DNA from: Opitutales bacterium
GTDB taxonomy: Bacteria; Verrucomicrobiota; Verrucomicrobiia; Opitutales; Coraliomargaritaceae
Length of the DNA: 14,996 nucleotides
Reading direction: 5' to 3'
Assembly: GCA_049598495.1 (NCBI GenBank)
Contig: JBMYNR010000038.1
Coordinates: 1 to 14,996, forward strand
Shown here piece by piece: positions 1 through 7,105 of the stretch (position 1 is its first letter; the number at the start of each line of letters is the position of its first letter). The translations under genes and the position numbers were made by a program. The notes beneath the pieces were generated by a model. It was given only the letters and a program-made list of their open reading frames with translations. It searched no databases and was not told the origin of the DNA.

Positions 1-29
1 AACAACTAGCAAACACTCAACTGCGGGGA

Positions 30-71
30 GGACTTCCTAAGTCCGACACGCCCTTTCGGAATTTGGTATCA
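30..71. repeat. REP-like palindrome family A (GGACTT-CCT-AAGTCC + GACRCGCCC) followed by a putative MITE right end (AATTTGGTA|TCA)
   Basis: 30-54 matches 6244-6268 at 24/25. 38-71 matches 7106-7139 at 28/34. Contains a 6-bp hairpin GGACTT/AAGTCC and lies just 3' of the 96..407 gene. Confidence 0.75.
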
Positions 72-95
72 ACAGGCATGGCCGGCTGACTTCCT

Positions 96-407
96 TTAGC
101 GCTTGTCGCGATAGCTCCCCGGCCTTTTGCTGCGGGCTCGGTGCTTCTTGAAGACTGGGAGTAGTGTGGTCTCAATATGCGTAAAGGCCGCCTCCAGCCC
201 CTCGCGCTCGTAAATGACGCCGATCGCTGACTCCATCGCAGTTGGCTCACCCAGGGAGGCTAAAAAATGATTCGAGGTCATTTGAATAAAGACCTCGGCT
301 CGTTCCGCCGGGGCGATGTCCTCCTGACGAAGGATCCACCTGCGGGCATAGAGCGCAAGCACAGCATCGCCAACCCAGGCTTGGCTACGTTTTTTATCCT
401 CGCTCAA
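96..407 (-). CDS. Small RNase III catalytic-domain protein (Mini-III-like, no dsRBD)
   Basis: 103 aa, TTG start 6 bp after the clpP stop. AWVGDAVLALY resembles the RNase III/Mini-III signature (LAxLGDAV). MESAIGVIY resembles the second RNase III motif (EAxIGxxY). Basic C-terminus. Confidence 0.65.
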   Translation of the reverse strand: MSEDKKRSQAWVGDAVLALYARRWILRQEDIAPAERAEVFIQMTSNHFLASLGEPTAMESAIGVIYEREGLEAAFTHIETTLLPVFKKHRARSKRPGSYRDKR

Positions 408-413
408 AGCGAA

Positions 414-992
414 TTAGATCTTGTCGATGATCTTATCGGCGAGGCCGTATTCGATGGCCTCGTCCGCGGTCATGTAGAAGTCGCGGTCGGTATCGTTCTG
501 GATCTTCTCAAGCGGTTGACCCGAGGATTCGGCGAGAATGGCGTTGAGCTCGTCGCGGAGGCGTTCCATCTCCTGCGCCTGGATATGAATATCCACGGCC
601 ACGGCCACCATTTGGCCGGAAATCAATGGCTGGTGAATGAGGACACGTGAGTGTGGGTAGAGAAAACGCCGTCCCTTATCTGCGCCGCAGAGGAGGATGG
701 ATCCCATGCTGGCAGCCATGCCCGTTACGACGACCGTGATCGGCGAACGGATGAGCTTCATCGTGTCGTAGACAGCCATGCCCGCGGTGATGGAGCCGCC
801 CGGGGTGTTGATATAGAAAGTGATCTCCTTGCCCGGATCCTGCATTTCGAGATAGAGCAGCTTCTCAGTTACATCGCGGGCGGACTTGTCGGAGACTTCG
901 CCCCAGAGAAAGACCTTTCGCTCTTTAAGAAAGGTCTCCTGGATCTTGATCGCTTTTTCTTCTTTGTCTTTGGACTTGTCTTTATCGGTCAT
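414..992 (-). CDS. clpP: ATP-dependent Clp protease proteolytic subunit
   Basis: Motifs YINTPGGS, GMAASMGS (catalytic Ser), IHQP (His), DTDRDFYMTADEAIEYGLAD (Asp). Confidence 0.97.
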   Translation of the reverse strand: MTDKDKSKDKEEKAIKIQETFLKERKVFLWGEVSDKSARDVTEKLLYLEMQDPGKEITFYINTPGGSITAGMAVYDTMKLIRSPITVVVTGMAASMGSILLCGADKGRRFLYPHSRVLIHQPLISGQMVAVAVDIHIQAQEMERLRDELNAILAESSGQPLEKIQNDTDRDFYMTADEAIEYGLADKIIDKI

Positions 993-1052
993 GGGAAAGT
1001 GGAGGTGTGATGTAAAAATGTTAAATGAGCACAGCTGGGGCAGGTTTCAAGT

Positions 1053-1496
1053 CTAGCCCTCGATCTTGGCAACACGGCCTTCATGGCGACCGCCTTCGAA
1101 TTCGGCATCCAGCCAGATGGCGACCAGCTTGAGTGCCAGCTCTTCAGGGACGGGACGTGCCCCGATCGCGATGCAGTTCGCATTGTTGTGCTCTTTCGTC
1201 ATCTGAGCAGACCACTCGCTCCAGACGAGGCCGCAACGCACACCCTTGACCTTGTTCGCGACGATGGCCTCCCCGTTGCCGGAGCCGCCGAGTACGATGC
1301 CGCAGTCCGCCTTTCCGGAGGCGATGGCCTCCGCCGCAGGGCGAATGAAGTCGGGGTAGTCGCAGGATTTCTCGCTGTCACAGCCGCAATCGATCACTTC
1401 ACAGCCGCGTTTCTTAAGTAGATGGATAATCGGTGCTTTCAGGGGGAACCCGGCGTGATCCGTTCCGATTGAGACGGTAAGTGGTTTTGCTGTCAT
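1053..1496 (-). CDS. rpiB: Ribose-5-phosphate isomerase B
   Basis: Motifs IGTDHAG, DYPD, GGSGNGE, ANKVKGVRC, EHNNAN, FEGGRH..RV.KI. Confidence 0.95.
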   Translation of the reverse strand: MTAKPLTVSIGTDHAGFPLKAPIIHLLKKRGCEVIDCGCDSEKSCDYPDFIRPAAEAIASGKADCGIVLGGSGNGEAIVANKVKGVRCGLVWSEWSAQMTKEHNNANCIAIGARPVPEELALKLVAIWLDAEFEGGRHEGRVAKIEG

Positions 1497-1527
1497 TTAA
1501 TGAGTAGATACATCGAAGCGAGTTACG

Positions 1528-2733
1528 TCAGCAAGCGTTTTGTTGCTGCTCACACAGACGCTTATGGCCTCGCACAAGCTCAAAGAGGATAACGGAAGCG
1601 GCGATGAGGCACATGCCGGCGATGGCGACCTGCGCGGGGCTAGACTGGCTCAGAATATAATAACCTATAAATGGAGCTAGAGTGCCGCGGAGTCCGGTCA
1701 GAGCCATATGTATACTCATGTAGGAGGAGGCTTTCTCTTTGGGGGCTATTTTCGTGACCCAGAGGCTCCAAAAGATTTTGCCGCCACCAAAAGCGAGGCC
1801 CTGGAAGGCCATGGCGAGGCCAATGACATAGATATTCTTAGTAAAGAAGAACAAGCCGATGCTCGCAAGAAAGAGGATGTTAAGAAGATTGCGGGTTGTG
1901 ACGAAATGAAGGCGGTCGAAAAAATGCCCCCACATTTTCGTGCTCAGAATCCGTGCGGCTGAGGGGACGACGAGCATGATAATTGCGATGGCGGTATTGC
2001 TTGCATTAATGCCGTATTCGGGGTTGGCGAGGTAATCGACACGAATGGGGAGGGCGATTAGATTGCCAAGGCCGAGCAGCATCCAACAGCCGAGCACGAA
2101 GCCGAAGAAACGATCCTTCCATATCAAGCTGAAGTTTTGCCAGGGCTTGCCGACATGTTCGCGGGAAAGTGGACTGCTTGGTAGATGCAGGCAGGCGGCA
2201 GAAGAGATCGCTGCCGAAAGCATCATGACTAGGAAAATCAAGTGGTAGGCATCGAGTTGCTCGTCCAGCACCCGGCCACCGGCGACGGCGAAGCCGATCG
2301 AAAAGACAGCCGTCAGGATGAAGGGCCAGGTCATCCGGCTGCCGCGTTCAGAACGGGTGTAGTTTTCAGTGTAGATCTGAAGCATGAGCGGCCCCTGTTG
2401 GACGGCAGCCATTTGGCTGGTCACCGCGAAGAGGGTAAAGAGCTGGAGGGACGTGGCCAACCCTGCGCCGATAAGCAAAACCGCGGCAACCGCAAATATG
2501 AGTGCGCAACTGCGGCCCGGTGTGGCGCGTAAGTGGGCGGCGAGGTAGAGGGTAATCGGAGTCAGGAGAAAGCCGATCGGACCTGAGCCAGCTATAAATG
2601 CCTTATGGGTCTCGCCCGCATCGAAGTAGCGGATTGCGATGACGAGCGCGAAGGTGGTCCAGCCGGCCTCAAGGATGCCGGCAAAAGGTGCTCGCAGCAG
2701 GTCGTTGCGGTAGGTGGCGGCAGCTTTGTTCAT
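1528..2733 (-). CDS. Major facilitator superfamily transporter (substrate unknown)
   Basis: 401 aa with about 12 hydrophobic segments in two halves. MFS-like loop motifs ERGSRM, WGHFFDR and VTKIAPKEKASSY. Confidence 0.85.
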   Translation of the reverse strand: MNKAAATYRNDLLRAPFAGILEAGWTTFALVIAIRYFDAGETHKAFIAGSGPIGFLLTPITLYLAAHLRATPGRSCALIFAVAAVLLIGAGLATSLQLFTLFAVTSQMAAVQQGPLMLQIYTENYTRSERGSRMTWPFILTAVFSIGFAVAGGRVLDEQLDAYHLIFLVMMLSAAISSAACLHLPSSPLSREHVGKPWQNFSLIWKDRFFGFVLGCWMLLGLGNLIALPIRVDYLANPEYGINASNTAIAIIMLVVPSAARILSTKMWGHFFDRLHFVTTRNLLNILFLASIGLFFFTKNIYVIGLAMAFQGLAFGGGKIFWSLWVTKIAPKEKASSYMSIHMALTGLRGTLAPFIGYYILSQSSPAQVAIAGMCLIAASVILFELVRGHKRLCEQQQNAC

Positions 2734-3091
2734 GTATTGAAATGGCTGGCAATCTCAGTAAGCACCCAATCGGGATGATCGAAAATGCTATGATTCTCGA
2801 ACCGAATGACCCGAATGCCATAGGCCCCTAGGAAGAGAGTGCGCTCGTGATCGTATTTGGCGGCCATGTCCGAGTTATGGGTTTCGCGTCGAGTTCGACA
2901 GCCAGTCTCTCAGATGGGCAGTAGAAGTCCAAGATGTATCCGTCGATACTGTGCTGCCTTCGAAATTTTCTGCCTTCGAGTTGTTTGCGCGAGAGGCGCG
3001 TCCAGAGTTAAGCCTCTGCAGGCGTCATGTTTGATCGGAGCTTTCGTCTAAAGAATTTAAGGCGCGGTGAGTTGTTTATGGGTTCATCCAT
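2730..3091 (-). pseudogene. DUF559 / very-short-patch-repair (Vsr-like) endonuclease pseudogene
   Basis: Manual translation from ATG at 3091: MDEPINNSPRLKFFRRKLRSNMTPAEA*LWTRLSRKQLEGRKFRRQHSIDGYILDFYCPSERLAVELD, then a 1-nt deletion near 2887, then (G)ETHNSDMAAKYDHERTLFLGAYGIRVIRFENHSIFDHPDWVLTEIASHFNT*. Typical DUF559 motifs are present: LR..MT.AE..LW, FRRQ, Y..DF.C, L.VELDG..H, D.ER...L...G.RVIRF.N. TAA at 3010-3008. The 362-nt span equals 121 codons minus 1 nt. Confidence 0.9.
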
Positions 3092-3103
3092 GGTTCAAAA
3101 GTT

Positions 3104-3210
3104 CCTCCCCTGCTAAGGGGAGGTGACCCGCTTGACGGGTCGGAGGGGTTGTCGGCAAATGAAAACCACCCCGGTCGGATTCCGACCACCCCTCCTTCAA
3201 AGGAGGGGTG
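3104..3210. repeat. Inverted pair of double-hairpin palindromic units (CCCCT...AGGGG type), possibly also the nadA terminator
   Basis: Hairpins CCTCCCCT-GCTA-AGGGGAGG (3104-3123), GACCCG-CTTGA-CGGGTC (3125-3141), GGTCGG-ATT-CCGACC (3173-3187) and CACCCCTCCT-TCAA-AGGAGGGGTG (3187-3210). Tails GGAGGGGTT and AACCACCCC face each other. Confidence 0.85.
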
Positions 3211-3248
3211 CTTTCAAAACAGCCCCGCCGACTCAAGAACCTACTCCC

Positions 3249-4235
3249 TTACTTGCTCCACTCCAGCATGCGCTTGATCGGCGCGTAGGCTTTTTGGCGG
3301 ATATCTTCCGGCATCTCGATTTGAGGGGTCATGTCTCGCAGGCAGTCGCGAAGTTTTTCGATCGTATTCATCTTCATGAAGCGGCAGTCATTGCATGCGC
3401 AGGTATCCGTCGGTCCGGCGATGAAAGTCTTATTCGGAATTTCGCGCTGCAGGCGATGAATCATCCCGGTCTCGGTGACCACGATGATCTGATCGGCATC
3501 ACAGTCCCGGCAAAAGCCGATCATCTTTTCGGTGCTGCAGACCTCGTCTGCATTGTCGCGGACGGTTTCGACGCATTCCGGATGCGCAACGACGAGAGCA
3601 TCGGGGAATCGGAGTTTGAGCTTCTCAATTGCCTGCTGAGTAAAGAGAACGTGCGCGTAACAGGAACCGGGCCAGAGTTGCATCTTGCGCCCGGTCTGTT
3701 TGGAGACCCATTGCCCGAGATTCTGGTCGGGGACAAATAGGACGTCGCGCTCGGCGGGGATATTATCAACGATTTTCATCGCGTTGCCGCTGGTGCAGAT
3801 CACATCCGAGAGCGCCTTCACCCCGGCGGAACAGTTGATGTAGGCGACGACGTAGACATCCGGGTGCTCGGCCTTGTATTTCGCGAGCTTCTCAGCCGGA
3901 CAGGAGTCCGAGAGGGAGCAGCCCGCGTTCATGTCAGGGAGTAGCACGGGCTTGTCAGGGTTCACAATTTTTGCGGTTTCTGCCATGAAGTGGACGCCGC
4001 AGAAAACGATACAATCAGCATCGGCCTCTTCCGCGTAGTAGGCGAGCCCGAGGGAGTCTCCAACGTAATCGGCGACCCGTTGAATGGCGTCGATTTGATA
4101 ATTGTGTGCGAGGATAATAGCGTTGCGCCGTTTTTTTAGCGCAAGAATTTCCTCCTGAATGGCAGTGAGAGGTTCTTCGTGCCCGAGTTTCGGGTTAAAG
4201 ACCATTGGTTCGTAATTGAGTGTCGCAGTAGCCAT
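3249..4235 (-). CDS. nadA: Quinolinate synthase A ([4Fe-4S])
   Basis: Motifs ILAHNYQ, GDSL, FCGVHFMAET, AGCSLS, YINCSA, PDQNLG, CYAH, AHPEC, TETG and C..MKMNT. Start placed at the ATG at 4235 (MATATL) rather than the upstream TTG at 4286. Confidence 0.96.
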   Translation of the reverse strand: MATATLNYEPMVFNPKLGHEEPLTAIQEEILALKKRRNAIILAHNYQIDAIQRVADYVGDSLGLAYYAEEADADCIVFCGVHFMAETAKIVNPDKPVLLPDMNAGCSLSDSCPAEKLAKYKAEHPDVYVVAYINCSAGVKALSDVICTSGNAMKIVDNIPAERDVLFVPDQNLGQWVSKQTGRKMQLWPGSCYAHVLFTQQAIEKLKLRFPDALVVAHPECVETVRDNADEVCSTEKMIGFCRDCDADQIIVVTETGMIHRLQREIPNKTFIAGPTDTCACNDCRFMKMNTIEKLRDCLRDMTPQIEMPEDIRQKAYAPIKRMLEWSK

Positions 4236-4329
4236 GGGCGTGTTTTTTACGCGAATGAAGGTCGGCTCCCTTATGGTCGAAGTCAAGCAGGGGGATTGGC
4301 TTCGACACGGCGGTTTTAAATCTGCGAGC

Positions 4330-4357
4330 TTGAAGAATGGCTGTTATTTGGTATGCT
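4330..4357 (+). promoter_or_regulatory. Putative sigma70-type promoter for dps
   Basis: TTGAAG (4330-4335), 16-bp spacer, extended -10 TG-G-TATGCT (4349-4357). ATG follows at 4363. Confidence 0.5.
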
Positions 4358-4362
4358 AAGTT

Positions 4363-4815
4363 ATGGAAAACATGAAACCCAATACAGTCATTGAACGGCT
4401 CCGCCAAGTAGTGGCGGATTCGTATGCTGTTCTCGGACAGACCCATATTTGTCACTGGAATGTGAGAGGGCCTTCCTTTTTCTCCCTGCACAACGCCTTT
4501 GAGGTTCAATACACCGAGCTCTTTACGGCGATTGACGTCATTGCAGAGCGTATCCGTGCGCTGGGGGCACTTGCGCCGGGTGGCCTCGCCAGGCTTGCAA
4601 AAATGGCGGGAATGAAAGAGATCGAGGAGAATGCCACGGCAAAAGATATGGTGCAGCACCTCTCGGCGGCCAATCATGCCTTGGTTGCTGATCTGTTAAA
4701 AGCCCGTGATGCGGCTGCAGCGGAGGGAGACGACCAGACGGAGGACTTGATGATTGGACGAATTCAAGTTCACGAGAAGACAATCTGGATGCTGAAGAGC
4801 TATCTGGATGCGTAG
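4363..4815 (+). CDS. dps: Dps family DNA starvation/stationary-phase protection protein
   Basis: Ferroxidase motifs HWNVRGPSFFSLHNAFE and D.IAERIRALG, with D..TED and HEKTIWML. Alternative start at ATG 4372. Confidence 0.95.
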   Translation: MENMKPNTVIERLRQVVADSYAVLGQTHICHWNVRGPSFFSLHNAFEVQYTELFTAIDVIAERIRALGALAPGGLARLAKMAGMKEIEENATAKDMVQHLSAANHALVADLLKARDAAAAEGDDQTEDLMIGRIQVHEKTIWMLKSYLDA

Positions 4816-4827
4816 TCACTACCAGGG

Positions 4828-6270
4828 ATGACTGAAACGTCCGTGCATCCGAAGCCACTGGTGGCCGTTGCCGGCGCCAGTGGATTTGTCGGTACACATC
4901 TACGGGATTATCTTCAGGGTGATTTTCGCTTTCGGGCCTTGTCCCGTAGCTCCTCGGTGGTGGAACGCAATCTAGACCGTTCCTCTACGGAGTGGCGACG
5001 CTGCGACCTCTACTCTCTGCCAAAGGTAGCGGAAGCGCTTCAAGGCTGCGATTTCGGGATTTATCTTGTCCACTCGATGGCGCCTTCCAGTCGCCTCGTG
5101 CAGGGGAATTTTGAAGATACGGATCTGTTGCTCGCTGATAATTTTATCCGCGCCGCGGAGTCGGCCGGCTTGAAACATGTGGTCTATTTGAGTGGATTGC
5201 TCCCCCGTGGAGATGAACCGCTTTCGCCGCATTTGCGCAGCCGACTCGAAGTAGAGAATGTGCTGCGCTCCCGTGGTATCCGAGTCACCGTCTTACGCGC
5301 AGGGCTGATTTTTGGGCCGGGTGGTTCCTCTTTTTCCTTACTGATCAATCTTGTGCGACGTTTGCCAGTGATGCTCTTGCCGGCCTGGGGAGGTTCCATT
5401 ACCCATTCAATCGATATTGAGAACGTCTGTCAGGCCTTTGAACTCTGCATGAAGGAGCCCGAGCTTTCCGGTAAGATCTACGATTTAGGAGGGCATGCGC
5501 CGATGACCTATCGGGAGATGATTCGTAAGACTGCGAAGCTTCTTGGGAAGCGGGCTTTTATCGGCAATTTACCCTTTAATTGCTTTGGCCTGTCCAAGCA
5601 TTGGGTGGCAATTTTCGGGAGTGTTCCACCTGCCTTGTTTGGGCCACTCCAGGAAAGCCTGCAACACGATCTACAGGCAAGGCCGAATGAATTGATGGAT
5701 CGACTTTCGGGGCGGTTCCTGAGCTTCGAGGCGTCCTTTTATAAGAGTGTCGATTCGGGTGGAACGCCAAAACCGAATCCCCGCAGTTCCACCCAGTCCC
5801 TAGATCGTGCACGCATTAAGAAAGCTAGGCGCGTGCGCTCGGTCCAGCGGATGCCCTTGCCGGATGGGTGGAACGCGCAGCAAGTCGCCACGGAATATGG
5901 GGAATGGTTGAGCCGCCGATTTGGTGGTTGGATCAATGCATCCAAGGATTCTGCCGGGGTGGTTCGCTTCTCCAGCCTCGGGTTCATTTTGCTGGAGCTT
6001 ACGCCCACAGCTTATTCACAGGGCAGCGAGCGCCGTCGCGCCTTCTATATCTCAGGCGGCCTGCTTTCCCGCGAAGTTGACCCACCCGGTCGATTGGAGT
6101 TCCGACTCTTTCCTGAACAAGGTGCGCTCATTGTGTCGATCCATGGCTTCGCGCCGATGTTACCATGGTGGATCTATGCAAATACACAGGCGAGAATACA
6201 CCTTCGGGTGATGCGAGCATTTGCGCGCCATTTGAAGTGTGCGGGACTTCCTAAGTCCGACGCGCCCTAA
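4828..6270 (+). CDS. NAD(P)-binding Rossmann protein (YbjT-like atypical SDR) with a C-terminal accessory domain
   Basis: Motifs VAVAGASGFVG, YLVHSM, VYLSGL, SPHLRSRLEVE and LRAGLIFGPGGSSF. Starts 12 bp after dps, probably the same operon. The last codons come from repeat A. Confidence 0.85.
   Translation: MTETSVHPKPLVAVAGASGFVGTHLRDYLQGDFRFRALSRSSSVVERNLDRSSTEWRRCDLYSLPKVAEALQGCDFGIYLVHSMAPSSRLVQGNFEDTDLLLADNFIRAAESAGLKHVVYLSGLLPRGDEPLSPHLRSRLEVENVLRSRGIRVTVLRAGLIFGPGGSSFSLLINLVRRLPVMLLPAWGGSITHSIDIENVCQAFELCMKEPELSGKIYDLGGHAPMTYREMIRKTAKLLGKRAFIGNLPFNCFGLSKHWVAIFGSVPPALFGPLQESLQHDLQARPNELMDRLSGRFLSFEASFYKSVDSGGTPKPNPRSSTQSLDRARIKKARRVRSVQRMPLPDGWNAQQVATEYGEWLSRRFGGWINASKDSAGVVRFSSLGFILLELTPTAYSQGSERRRAFYISGGLLSREVDPPGRLEFRLFPEQGALIVSIHGFAPMLPWWIYANTQARIHLRVMRAFARHLKCAGLPKSDAP
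6244..6268. repeat. REP-like palindrome family A, overlapping the 3' end of the CDS
   Basis: GGACTTCCTAAGTCCGACGCGCCCT, 24/25 identical to 30-54. Confidence 0.8.
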
Positions 6271-6299
6271 AGCCTGAGCTGGATGCAAAGACAGGAACG

Positions 6300-6369
6300 G
6301 ACGCCCTAAAGGCGCACTCCAACTCTTAGGGTATGTGGGGTTTTGTTGGAGTTCGGCCTTTAGGCCGTC
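6300..6369. repeat. REPIN (inverted REP pair), family C (GTTGGAG-type)
   Basis: GACGCCCTAAAGGCGCACTCCAAC (6300-6323) and GTTGGAGTTCGGCCTTTAGGCCGTC (6345-6369). Near-identical pairs at 10552-10621 and 10716-10786. Confidence 0.9.
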
Positions 6370-6372
6370 TGA

Positions 6373-6678
6373 TACCGATTCGCAAAAGGTATTTCCCGAT
6401 GCTAGGTAGGGCGTGCTCGCCGTTCCGAGCTGGCGACATGACCGATCCGACATGTCCGCCGTAGCCTGCGGTGGAGGAGGTAGCGTAGGCGGTCGCAATC
6501 GGACCACGCGCCGTTCGGCAATCGATACCGTATGTCCATATTATGTGGATTGACCGACGTCACCAACTGGCGAACGGCGGTTGTTCCGGTTCGCATCACG
6601 CCCGGTCGTGTCGTCCCGCTTAGCGGGACTCTGAACGGCGAAACCGCCCGACCCGGCCAAACCTTATTCAAAACGGTA
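6373..6678. mobile_element. Non-autonomous MITE-like element (306 bp), TACCG...CGGTA termini, TGA target-site duplication
   Basis: Imperfect 18-bp terminal inverted repeats (TACCGATTCGCAAAAGGT vs revcomp TACCGTTTTGAATAAGGT, 14/18). TGA at 6370-6372 and 6679-6681. The empty site GCCGTC-TGA-TTCCAT is present at 10616-10630. Confidence 0.8.
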
Positions 6679-6687
6679 TGATTCCAT

Positions 6688-6849
6688 TTAGAAAGCTTTC
6701 AATCGCTATATCCGGCACGACGTAGCTAACTTGCGCCAGCAAGGCCGACGGACGAGCGCCTCCGTCTGTTCGGAACCCTTCATACGTCGACGCGACTGGC
6801 GCCGCATCGCTACACCCTTCCAACGAACGGCTGAAAGACTTGGCTTCTT
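6688..6849. repeat. Family E element: GTAG-type REPIN inside degenerate terminal inverted repeats
   Basis: GTAGCTAACTTGCGCCAGCAAGGCCGACG (6722-6750) and its inverted partner 6785-6813 (revcomp GTAGCGATGCGGCGCCAGTCGCGTCGACG). The left ~70 bp recur at 10632-10701. Left-end revcomp AGCGATTGAAAG resembles AACGGCTGAAAG near 6826-6838. Confidence 0.7.
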
Positions 6850-6988
6850 TGGCGCGCATTTTTCAACCGCTAAACGACGCTCAATTTTCGCTAAAAATGG
6901 AGAGGGTAAATCTCGGAACCAGGATTAGCGTCCCTTTAGTGTGTATGAGTGGTTCACAAAAGCATCCAAGTGGTTGGGCCCTTCGGCA

Positions 6989-7025
6989 GACGCCCTAAAG
7001 GGCGCAGTCCAACCTTTAGGATGTG
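6989..7025. repeat. Solo family C REP with a truncated spacer
   Basis: GACGCCCTAAAGGGCGCAGTCCAAC followed by CTTTAGGATGTG, similar to the spacers of the other copies. The partner REP is missing. Confidence 0.85.
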
Positions 7026-7105
7026 TTGAGTCTTCATCCAGCTTACGCCTGTAGCATTGGCGGTGACGCCGATGAAGCCTCCGACCTGGCATTTGCGAAT
7101 TGGCA

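Noticed and set aside
96..992. ClpP-Mini-III read-through fusion (the two ORFs are in frame, two codons apart)
   Set aside because: ClpP ends at its normal length with TAA. An in-frame arrangement has a one-in-three chance and no recoding signal is visible.
1023..1051. Sigma32-like CTTGAAA upstream of clpP (similar CTTGAAAYCTGC upstream of hpt)
   Set aside because: No convincing CCCCAT -10 box, and the same motif precedes a non-heat-shock gene. More likely a generic -35 element.
2857..3051. Plus-strand 64-aa ORF
   Set aside because: Antisense to the DUF559 pseudogene, which explains the region much better.
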